Assembly: GCA_951406725.2 (NCBI GenBank)
Contig: OX597814.1
Location: 219,976,001 to 220,040,000 of the forward strand
Direction of reading: 5' to 3'
DNA: 64,000 nt
Origin: Octopus vulgaris
Lineage: Eukaryota
The notes under the pieces are model-generated. The model ran no database searches. It was not told where the DNA came from and worked only from the letters and a program-made list of their open reading frames with translations. This document shows positions 53,095 through 64,000 of the stretch, piece by piece. Numbering within the stretch: position 1 is the stretch's first letter; each line of letters begins with the position of its first letter. Made by a program: the position numbers and the translations under genes.

Positions 53095-55340
53095 AGCTAG
53101 TTCAACATCGAGTCGAAGTCTTTTGGTTCTATACTTACATTCTTCCGTGCTTATTTGATGCTTTTACCGTAAGGTCAGTTGTTAATATTGCGTTATTATT
53201 ATATTTGTGTTCGTTGGTTTCCCGTAAGGGAAACGTTGTTGGATTATTTTACTGTAATTATACATTGTGAACCGCGATCCTCCCCTTTGGGGGAAGGATA
53301 TTGTGTTTAAAATTATTGTTTGTAAAATTCTTGTGCGATATCGAACTGTACTCCTGTTCGGGATTAACTGTTTCTATCTTTTGTACAAAAATTATTGGTT
53401 AAAGAAAGAAAAATAAAGTCTTCTAACGAAGAATGTGTAATTAATCTCGATGTGGCCGTCGGCGGACGCGAAACAATAACCCTAAAACTTGAAGAAATTC
53501 AGATATACTACAGTATGATAACTGAGAAAGATGGAAATAGCGTATTATCTCCTTCATGTGAGATAAAAAAACAAAATAAAAGAGAAAATAATTATTTTCA
53601 AAACTTATAATGTGGAATCTAAAAAATTCCTATATTTAGAAGAAAGTACGATAGAGAAATGCATCGGGCCTACTTTAAAAGAAATAAAGTATCTGGCCAG
53701 AGGCAGTAAATATACCACAATCGAAGCAAGGTTCGAGTCGGCAAAAAGAGCAAAAGAATACTCGACTCGAACCTTGCAAAGCGGTAGCATAATGTTGTTA
53801 CCTTTATATCTGGGACGTAGAACGTCCCGGATAAAAATTAAAATCATTCCTCCCGTGGTGGAAGTGACCTGGATTGTGGCTACTCTCCTCTATAAAAGGG
53901 AGGAAAAAATAAACATTATTCAAATAACCAGAGACGGTCCACAGAACTGGTGGGGTCAGACCCTTGAAATTCTGGCCCAAGCCACAACTCAGGACTTAGA
54001 AGAACTTCCAGAAACTATTGTGATGGAAGATATGGTAATACCCATATATGTTGAGGGCAATAAAAAAGGCCACCTAAAAGAAAAATGCCCTGAGAGGCGG
54101 ACAGAACAAACCAAGTCTGCCACCACTTCCTGCAAGGAAGTTGACCCCAGGAGGGGGCAATAACCAGTAATAAAAAAGAAGCAACACAAGAAAAAGAGGT
54201 TGCACTCTCGGCCAAGGAGGCCGTTACCCAGAGTGCAACCTCTTCTGGAACCCAAGAGATTACACTCCCGGCCATAGAGGCCGTTACCAGGAGTGCAACC
54301 ACTAAAGAGGCGGCACTCCTGGTCATGGAGGCTGTTACACAGCGAGTGACCGCCTCAACCAGTAACCAGGAACCAGATGAAGATAACACAGAGTTCCAAA
54401 CGATCAACAGAAAAAATGGACTCCCCAACAAAAACTCAGGCCCCCAAAATAAAAATTTCAAAAAAATCTGAAACAACAGAAAAGAAAAAGAAAAATCCCT
54501 TTAAACTTATACCTGTGAATATACAGGAACATAAAGAACGAATGACCGTGACTTATAAAACAAAAAGATATTTATCTGGATGGGGTCATTAGACCCCATT
54601 CTAGACATCCTAATTCACAAAAACGACTTTAAACAAAGCCCCGTAACGATCGCCAAAATCGCGAAACACTTGTATCAGGACCTGAATAAACTCCACCGCA
54701 ACGACATCGGTGCCCTGAAAGAGTTGAAAGTTTTTGACCCGCCGGTCGAACCCTTTCTATATGAAAGAGAGGAGAGTGGGAGATTGTCTCTAAGGTTTTG
54801 AGAACTAGTCCCCTGAGAAAGTAAAAAAAAAAATGGTATAACTTCCTTTGCCCTTATGCTTTGAGATGACCGTGCTAAACATTGCTTGTTTGAATGTTCG
54901 TGGCCTGGGTTCACACGGTATAGATGTCATTGTTGCTACAGAGACCAGGCTGGACAAGCTGCAGGCCTTCTCAGCCCTCCTGAACGACTACAAGAAGATA
55001 ATATTTCCTAGCCAGGAGGGGGGAGCAGAGGGGTAGCAGTCTTGATCCGGAAAAGCCTAGTCATGCAGACACGTACGATCTTCGCGGACCCAGAAGACGA
55101 GTCGGTTGTTCAGGATCTGACGTACCGAGGTAAGGCCTTCAAGTTGGTTGGCATTTACGAGCCTGGGAATTTAGGCAAACGGAACGACTTCTATCGACGC
55201 CTGGAGAACTTCCTGGTGACATCAAGGACAGTAGTTGTATTAGGCGACTTTAACGCTATACTGGATGCACGCATGGATAGCGTAGGCTCGATTAATAGAA
55301 AGGAGAACTCATGCCCCATCGATCTGCGTTTCAACCTGAA
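53095..55340 (+). mobile_element. L1/Tx1-type LINE 5' half (ORF1 plus APE endonuclease), degraded
   Basis: ORF1-like 53612-54163 with zinc-knuckle remnant KKGHLKEKCP; APE motifs IACLNVRGL, IDVIVATET, GVAVLIRK, VVVLGDFNAILD; 5' boundary uncertain. Confidence 0.8.
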
Positions 55341-55344
55341 AAGG

Positions 55345-56066
55345 TTGATTGATTTGGCAATACTGTCCATATAGTGCGACCTTGCGGTTAAAATTAATTT
55401 TGATGACGTCATTTAAGATTTTGCGAAGGGTAAAGTACGTAAAATCAATTTGTAAATCGTTTATTTTGGTAATTCATTTATCTTCTGTTCTTTAACATAT
55501 TTTTCCTATTATTTTTTGTGTATGAAAATAAAAGCAATTTCGAGGGAAGTAAATGGTTGCTACAGTTTGTCTTCTTATTTTGCATATATATACACCTGTC
55601 CCTTTCGTTCAGAGTGTGTGGCACCCATGCATCGAGGTTTTGGACCTTACGCATTGAATAAAAATGATGGGTGAGAGCATTCCGCCTGATTGACCAATTG
55701 CCTAATGATTTGGCGGACATTTTTCGTGGATGAGCTGATTCAATCGATCTGAATAGGTCATCTGGATTGTAAGGAGTTTGTCAAGTCGATCTTCCTCTCA
55801 GTGGAAGTTGAAAACCATTTCTGTGCAGTTCTTTCAGTAATAGCACTTTCTCTGTACACAACACAAATGTCTCAAGTGGCTTTGACAGCTTTAGAATCCT
55901 GATTAAAAGTGAAGAGAAAGTTTCAAAATGCTCAGTTTTTCTACATGGCACTACATCGTTATATATCTGAAAAGTGGTAAAATTTATGCAAATTTCAAAA
56001 ACGATAAACAAAAGTTTTAGAGACAACAAAAAAATGCAACAAAACACCCATAAAACTACGATAAAA
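55345..56066 (-). mobile_element. Degenerate mariner remnant
   Basis: KVQNLDAWVPHTL motif in ORF 55478-55720; boundaries approximate. Confidence 0.6.
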
Positions 56067-56067
56067 C

Positions 56068-56420
56068 TATTGGTTTGTCCGGAAAATTCGTGCTGACTTT
56101 TAAAGGAAAGAGAAAGGTCAATAAATACTTGCCATTACATTTTTTATCAACCAAATATGAACCATTTTGTTGCACAATGCATCTCCATCTTTCCTTTAAC
56201 TTGAAAATACCCTCTTCCCAGAATTGAGGTGGTTTCATGGCAAACAATTCATCAAGGTATCTTTTTTACGTCATCCGAGGAATTGAAATTTTTACCATTA
56301 AGACTATTCTGCAGAGACCTGAATAAGTGGAAATCCGAAGGAGAAATATCTGGTGAATATGGAGGGTGGGGTAACACATCCCAGCTGAGCTGCATCAATT
56401 TTTGTCTGGTTCCAAAAGCG
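56068..56420 (-). mobile_element. Mariner 3' end with TIR
   Basis: HPPYSPDISPSDFHLFRSLQNSL..FWEEGIFKLKERWRCIVQQNGSYL; terminal tattggtttgtccggaaa. Confidence 0.85.
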
Positions 56421-56477
56421 TCAAGTGCCGAAAATGAACTTTCTTATCTTCCATTATCGTTCAGTAGCAACATTTCT

Positions 56478-57999
56478 ACTGTCCCAAATTATTAGGCAGG
56501 TGCCCATTTTAAGTGTCCTTATGAGTCAGAAATGGGATCTTATCTCGAATGAAAAGGCTACCATTGTGTCACAGTTTGGAAAAGGATAAACAACCATAGA
56601 AATATTAGGTTGTCCCAAAAGTTCGTAAACACTTGCGAAAATTGAATTTTTACTCGCCAAGTACTAACAAAAACAACAAAAATTATTCCTCAAAATAAAG
56701 ACCATTATTTTCCAAGACTTTCTACGAACTTTTGGGACAACCTTATATCAAAAATACTGGGAAGAGATCACCAAACAATGAAGTTTGTGCGGTTTCCTAT
56801 TTCTGTTCGATCGAGGGCAGATATGGGTAATTCGAGGGTTGCTTCTGATCGTACTTTGTCATGTGTGAAAAGGGAAGTTGTGCAGAACCCATATCTGACA
56901 AGTAGAGAAGTCTTCAAACGTTGTGGCAGGGAAGACATATGGAAAACTACCAGGTGTCCCCTCTTGAATCAGATAGCCAGGAGTGTTAAACCTGTTACAA
57001 GGCCTCCCTCTGAAGGCCATTCATAAGCAAGAAAGACTGAAATGGGCAGAAAAATGCATGAAGATAGATTTTTCAAGAGTTCTGTTAACTGACGAATGCT
57101 GTACTACCCTCGACAGACTAGATGGCTGAAGTAAAGGTTGGGTATCAGTCAGCAGAAACCGTCTTCATCGTTTGAGACATCAACAGAGGGGAGGTGGGGT
57201 CATGTTTTGGGCTGGCATCATTGGTGGTATGATGGTCGAGCCAAGGAAAGTCCCAGATGGCATTAAGATGACATTGAAAACATATATTACCTTCTTAAAG
57301 GACAAATTCCAATTGTAGTTCAAAAAGCAAAGTCTTTCAATCGAGAGAGAGCTGGTCTTCATGCAAGATAAAACCCCATCTCATGTAGCAAAGAATTCTA
57401 AGGAATACCTGTGGCGAATAGGCTTCTCTGGAAGTCATTTGATAGAGTGGTCACCTTATTCCTCTGATTGAAACCCAATAAAGAACCTGTGGAGTGTGCT
57501 GAAGAGGGGCTTTTACCGAGATGGACGGCAGTTTTCAAGTAAAGTAGGATGCTATTATAAATGCTGCTCAAAGCATGACACAAGAGGATATCATCACCTT
57601 GACAAATTCAATGGATGAGCATGTAAGGAAGGTTTTTGCCTGTGGAGAATCATACATCAAACATTAGGAATTGCATGATATCATGATATCATAATTATGT
57701 TCATTTGAACATATGTTTACCATTAAGTCCTTTACGAATATTTTTTTTTGTTAAAGCTTTACTGCTGAATGAAATAAATGTTTGTTCTGTTGCCTAATAA
57801 TTTGTGATGGTGAAAATGTTGCCCAATCACAAAAATGGCTGCCGTTTGTTGGCGTCTGCTCAGATCTGATTTATCTTAACAGAATGTGCACAGAAAGCTG
57901 TTGGTCAACACTCAGTGGGAAAACAACTGGTTTTGAAAGAATATTTACTGATTATTTATTGAGAGAACATTGATTTGCCTAATAATGTGGGACGCAGTG
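56478..57999 (+). mobile_element. Degenerate Tc1-like transposon
   Basis: VLLTDEC, GGGVMFWAGI, FMQDKTPSH, WSPYSSD-NPIKNLW; TIR remnants actgtcccaaattattaggca / tgcctaataatgtgggacgcagtg|ta. Confidence 0.85.
56605..56745. mobile_element. Mariner-derived MITE with TA TSD
   Basis: TA|ttaggttgtcccaaaagttcgta ... tacgaacttttgggacaacctta|TA. Confidence 0.85.
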
Positions 58000-58255
58000 T
58001 ATATATGTCTGTATACACTTATGTGTATGTGAGTATGCATACGTATTTGTGCATGTGTACATATATATGTGTATGTATAAATGTATGTGTTGCTGTATAT
58101 ATTCACTGACTTCATACAACCTTAACGTTTGACACTGCTATCAGTCACACAGTTACATAACATTCTGACCAAGTGACCAGCTTCAATAAACTAAACTGTA
58201 CATCAACTGATGGCAATTTGAACCATAATCTCTCCATGAAAATGATATCCAACAA

Positions 58256-58317
58256 TACTCACTCTTATACAGATGATCTGACCCATTACTCACTCTTATA
58301 CAGATGATCTGACCCAT
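58256..58317 (+). repeat. 31-bp perfect tandem duplication
   Basis: tactcactcttatacagatgatctgacccat x2. Confidence 0.9.
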
Positions 58318-58434
58318 CAATCTTACCTAATTTTCTGCAATCATACATCATCCATACACAGCCTAGACATCACACATAAAATCTGCACTGATTTTTGTTA
58401 CAATATATGATGAATAATGATATTGTGCTCACTG

Positions 58435-59037
58435 CCTCGACTGGCTTCTGTGCCGGTGGCACATAAAAAGCACCAACCGATCGTGGGATCCCGGAACATC
58501 TCGCTGTGCTTGAGGAGACCTGTTGAGTCAAGAACATGTACATGAACATCGAACCAAATATCAATGGAAACAGTAGTTGTGATATCTGTGCCGGTGACAC
58601 ATAAAAAGCACCATCCGAACTTGGCCGTTGCCAGTGCAGCCTCCACTGGCTTCTGTGCCGGTGGCACATAAAAAGCACCATCCGAACGTGACCGATGCCA
58701 ACCCTGCCTCGAATGGCTTCTGTGCCGGTGGCACATAAAAAGCACCATCCGAACGTGGCCGATGCCAGCACCGCCTTCACTGGCTTCTGTGCCGGTGGCA
58801 CATAAAAAAAAAGCACCAACCGATCGTGGCCGATGCCAGACCCCTCTGGCACCTGTGCAGGTGGCACGTAAAAAGCACCCACTACACTCGCGGAGTGGTT
58901 GGCGTTAGGAAGGGCATCCAGCTGTAGAAACACTGCCAGATCGGACTGGAGCCTGGAGCAGCCTCTGGCTCCCCAGACCCCGGTCGAACCGTCCAACCCG
59001 TGCTAGCACGGAGAACGGACGTTAAACGATGATGATA
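58435..59037 (+). mobile_element. Tandem-array SINE-like copy
   Basis: Several ~62-bp units with variable loop, extra 5' segment as at 13975, conserved 3' domain and (TGA)n tail. Confidence 0.85.
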
Positions 59038-59539
59038 ATAACTTTATAAACGAATGAAGAAAATACGGCAACAATTCGAACCCAAAGTGCAAAATGGCAG
59101 ACTGTGCTGCCAGTTGTCCACAATGCAAAATGAATTGTCTGTGCCACAGAAAGTGTGCTAAGGTGAAAAGATTAAATTCACAACAATAAGTCCATGTATA
59201 TCTAATGTCATCTGGTAGAGTCCATAAAGTGTCCCCTTGGACGAATCGATGTAAGCTTAAGTAATAAATGATGTGGGAGTGTAAAACATCATATGATAGA
59301 ATTGTGTCCATTGATTGGATGGCACTTAATAAACAAAGTTTTGTGTCGAGACAACTAGAGACGATTTTGTAGATGGATTCCTTCACAGAATCCTTCAGTG
59401 GAGTCAACTCTGTTTCATTGAACAGCAAAAAATACTCAAGTACAACTCATATCACACCTATCATACCACATTTCTACAAAACATGAATGGTACTCAACTA
59501 GAGCCCTCACAGTCTCTCCAAATACTGAACCTCATTGTC

Positions 59540-59870
59540 ATTGAGGATCTCTCCTGGCAAAAGCACATCCTTGGCAATAATTAGAACCACATCCAAAAAG
59601 ACATGTCTTTCCAATCAGGGCCACAAAATATTTCAGCTCCCACCAGTTCCTGACACACCACAAGGCTTAAGTGAAGTCTACAATGGAGTCCTGTTCCCAC
59701 AGCTGGAATATTGCTGCTATTATGTTCACAGACATCTTGGACTGTATTCAGAGAAGAGCCATTTGACCAATTGATATGCCCCACCCTCTGACACACAAGT
59801 TTGCTGTCTTTTCTCTCAGACCCTAATGGTCACTTTTCTCTAGTCTTCTACCTCATCCATCAGGCATTCT
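59540..59870 (+). mobile_element. Degenerate LINE 3' remnant
   Basis: TMESCSHSW..DILDCIQRRAI resembles LINE C-terminal EYCSHIW..LDRIQRRA. Confidence 0.5.
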
Positions 59871-62699
59871 GACCCACTCATCACTCATAGAGTGGCCAAT
59901 TCCCTTGACCCTACATTAACCATTATGTCTAGTCCTTTACATTAACCAGGACATTAACCTTCATTAACCTCCAGGACATTAACCTTCAGGAATTTTCTCA
60001 TAGCTCAGGTTTTCCTACAGGTGTTGATCTGTTACAGTTTAAGTGAAGTATTAATGTCATAAATCTTATTTTGTTCTTGAAGAACCTGCAAAACTCATTG
60101 GCTATGCCCTGTTTTCCAGACTCTACAAGGAACCCCCCCCAAAAAAACAATGAACAAATTTCAAAAAGGGAACAGGAAAACACTAACTATTTTTTCTTTC
60201 TTTAGGTACAGGGCCTGAAATTATGAGGAAGGTGGGGTGGTTAGTTTATTATATTGATCCTGGTACTCGACTAGCACTATATTTTATTGACATCAGTACT
60301 TGATTTGTACTTCATTTTATTGACCTCAAAAGGATGAAAGGCAAAGTTGATCTTAGTGTGATTTGAACTCTGAATGTCAAGAGCTGGAAGAAATGCTAAG
60401 TATTTTGTCCAACACATAATTCTGCTGTCTCATTGCCTTATACTTAATAAAATCATTTGGCAGTTAAACTTATATTAACCAATGAAGAAGCCTCCATGTG
60501 GTTTTACTCAATCTATCAGAAATAGCAGCAAACAGTCTCTCAAATAATGCCTTACTGTCTTAAAAACAAACATGTTGGGTGAAGAGGTTCTGAATGTGGT
60601 CTGCATAGCAGCTGGAAAATAGATGGATGGTCACATTTGGAAATTTTTTAATTATAGGTCTGTTTCATCAGAGCTAAACTTGGGATAAAACGACGATGAC
60701 CTGAAATACTCATTGATGTTGACCCCTTAATTATCTAACTCTCCTCCTATCCCAAACCCCAACCTAGAAATCTTGGTAGTTGAAGTCTGTAAAATTTTGG
60801 ATGAACGTAGTCATAGGAGTTCCAACCAGGACTATTCCATCCATTTCTCAAACACTTTGCAGAGGGTCCTAGTACCACATCAATTGGTGCGTCCTTTTTT
60901 AAAACTGTGGGGTTTAATTTGAGAGAAATTTAACTGCTATTTCTGGCAGATTGAGAGACTGTACAGAGACTGCATTGTTGTGCCAATTTAATCTGTGTCA
61001 TCCTTTAATGTAATTTTATGTGTTAAATTTTAATAACTATTTTTTAATGTGTTTTTAATAGACAAAAAGCACAACATGATTGGTTTCTTGTTGCAGTTTC
61101 TTGCTTCTGTTGAATGAGATATTTATTCAATTCCATTTTGAAGACATGAATGTTTAATCAACAACTTATCACCCGCAGTCCTGGTAGTTCATACCTTACT
61201 GTCATTGCTACACCATGACTCTGATTAAAGTAAATATGAGTGGTAAAGGCATGTACATGCATTTTTAGCATGTTCTTGCACACTAGAACATGAAAAGGAT
61301 TCACTGTGGAATTTTGTTTCAGAGATTCAATATATTTTGAGAGTAAAAATACACAAAACCAAATTCCAAATGATGGCCAGTGGACTATAAGGCACAGGGT
61401 TTTAGCATGATTTCGTCTCTTCACTGGCAGACATTGAAACAAGACCAGAACTTGTTTCTTTGCAGATAACAACAAACGGCACATTTGTTGGTGTGTGCTG
61501 AGACTTGTCAAGCTGGAATCAATTTAGTATAAGCTCATGAAACAGTGAGGATCAAAATAAAGACATTTATATTTATATTTGCTTTTTAACATGTGCATAC
61601 TGAAACATGAAGGACGTTCAATGCATAATTTTTACTCTGTTAAGTTGGCAACACTAAGGTGCATGTGTGCACACATGCACACACACACACATTAAGCTGC
61701 AAAGTAAGGTCTGTCACACTTTTAATATCACTTGCAGTGTACTTTTTCAATACTTGTAATAAAAGCATAAATTTTTAATCTAATGTTTTTGTTTTTCTTT
61801 GCCAATTTATACTGAAGTGGCTAAATTTGTATAAGTTTTACCCTTAAAAAATAAGTTTAGATAAGATCTATATCAGACACTGCATACCAAGTTAATACAA
61901 AAATGGCTCTTCAGTAATAGAAGTGCTAAGAAATGTTTGTTCTGTAAATGGAAATGAAGCTTTAATGTACAGATTTGCCAACAATGGTTTGGCTAGTCTT
62001 ACTGCAGAAAGCTTTATCTTACAGATTACCCTCAATCCAGATAACCAAGCCCCATCAATATCATGCTCCTGAAAGCCATAGGTGAGGAAAATTCAAAGCA
62101 AACTGTATGAGAATTAGCAAAACAGCTCAACTTAAAGTCAAATTTCAAGCATAAAACACCTTCAAGAACTAGAAAAAGTGTCTAAACTTTGTCAGTGGGT
62201 CTCTCATTATCTGACTGTTTCTCAGCTTAAAACGTTGCTCTCTGCTTGTCATTGAATAGTAGACTTGCAACCAAAACTTTTTACTGTTCAAAGAAAAAAA
62301 TATAGAATTTAACCTGAAATGGGATATAATAGGAAAGGCACAGCCTTATAAAAATAGCAGAGATGGTTGTGAACTTTGCTCTATGGAAACATGAAATTTT
62401 AAAACATAGGAATAATACAAGCTTGTTGAATAACCGTTCTGAACTAGGACCATCTTGTATACATCGTACCACCCGTACGTTTAAATATTTTAAATAACAA
62501 TATTCTGACCATTCCTAAATTTTCAAATCCTAATACTTTATAACCAAATAAAAATTAATATACCATACTAGCTTTTACTCAACTTGCATAGATTACTAAG
62601 AAATTTCATTGCATATATGAATCTGAATATATAGAATTAAATGAAATTTTTTTTTTTTGATAATCTCCTATATTTAAAAAGAATAAAATTCTATGTATC

Positions 62700-63206
62700 T
62701 AAGGAAATATATCTCCTTTACCTCCTCTATTTCATCACTGCCTATCACTATTCGACCTGTTGGTATGTTGTCTGACTGCATGAACTTTGTTTTCATGTGG
62801 TTCATCTTGAGACCAACTGCAGAGCTTTTGATGTTGAGCTCTGTCAGCATGGTCTGAAGCTGATCCATGGTTTCAGCGATGATTACGACGTCATCAGCGA
62901 AACGGAGGTGGGAGAGTAGCTCGCCATTGATGTTGACACCACCTTGCCAGTCGATGCCTCTGATGATCTGCTTGAGACATGCGGCTCACTGATAATCGGT
63001 GGACTTGCGCAGTTGTCAAGTGGTACGTGCACAAGCAGAAACGACCACTCGGAAAACCTCAATGATGGTGGAGTTACGATTTCAGGAGGGCAATTGGGAT
63101 CACGTGGATGAGAAAGGTGCAATCCAGAGAGGAGTGGACAGCATGCTGTGACTAGCGGTGTCGAGTGGATGCCCAACAGACTGGTCAGTCAAGGAGATCA
63201 AGGTGA
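62700..63206. mobile_element. RTE-clade LINE fragment with inverted 5' segment
   Basis: Minus 62982-62700: ACLKQIIRGIDWQGGVNINGELLSHLRFADDVVIIA..GLKMNHMKTKFM; plus 62981-63206: RLTDNRWTCAVVKW..KRPLGKP. Confidence 0.85.
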
Positions 63207-63944
63207 TATATATATATATATATAATTAAATTATGCACTTTATTGTGCTTTGCTGTCTGTATGATCCTCTGGTCAAAAGAAAAAGTGTCTTGTGTGAAAT
63301 TGTTCCAAGGTATGAAAAAGGTTGCAGACTGCTGAAATACACAGAAGAGATGAAAGAGACAAAAACTACAACATCTTGAAAATGTGATTTTTATTGTAAG
63401 TTTCAAAACTAATTTCACAGCAGAAAAAAAAAAAAAAAATGATTTTTTTTTAAAAAAGCATGATACCAAGAATGGAAGAAGGAGTTTATGTTGAAAACAA
63501 TTTTAGCATTACAAATAAGGGTTTAAACTGCTTCTGTATATTTTAATTTTTTGTCTTATATATTGGGATTATTGTTATTTTAATGAACAATTTGTTGGTC
63601 AGGATATTATTTTCTTTTTTGATTTCCTTTTTTTATTTGTTTTTATAATGGTGTTGGATGGTTGTGGTGGTGGTGGTGGTGGTGATGGTGGGCATCAGGG
63701 AAGATGGCGTGAATAATTACAATTTTTTTTTCTTTTTCACAACCAGAAACAGAAACAGAAAATGATGATCACAGTTGAACTAAGAGTGATCTTGTTGCTA
63801 TTAATTAATTATTATTATTATGTTGTTGTTGATATAGTTTAGTCTTGGGGGCCCATCTCTGATTGAGCTTACCTATGATCTAAGACATTCTAGCCATGAT
63901 CATTCTGTATTTTGCTCTCTCTCTCTCTCTCTATATATATATAT

Positions 63945-64000
63945 TGATTGATTGATTGATTCTAGTTTCAGCTCACGAGCTGTGGCCATGCTGGGGCACC
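63945..64000 (-). mobile_element. CR1 3' end with (ATCA)n tail, truncated by window edge
   Basis: Reverse complement of the 572-629 motif. Confidence 0.75.

Overview
AT-rich, repeat-saturated animal genomic DNA, most consistent with an octopus/coleoid cephalopod (judged from SINE types, long (TA)n tracts and LINE content; species not provable here). Only one credible host protein-coding exon is present (9928-10887): a type II membrane, glycosyltransferase-like protein. About 36 kb of the window is a head-to-tail tandem duplication (15652-33462 / 33463-51622) joined by a 4-bp TCAC microhomology. The rest is tRNA-derived SINEs, CR1/RTE/L1-type LINE fragments, Tc1/mariner/pogo relics, non-autonomous Helitrons and microsatellites. 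The most notable signal lies inside the duplicated unit: a dense cluster of several unrelated short elements, often palindromic and embedded in (TA)n, that carry type I minimal hammerhead ribozyme motifs. They sit next to Penelope-like RT and GIY-YIG relics. One of them has a tRNA-derived Pol III head, making it a candidate Penelope-mobilised, ribozyme-terminated SINE. All alignments and folds were done by eye, and element boundaries are approximate unless a TSD or terminus is quoted.
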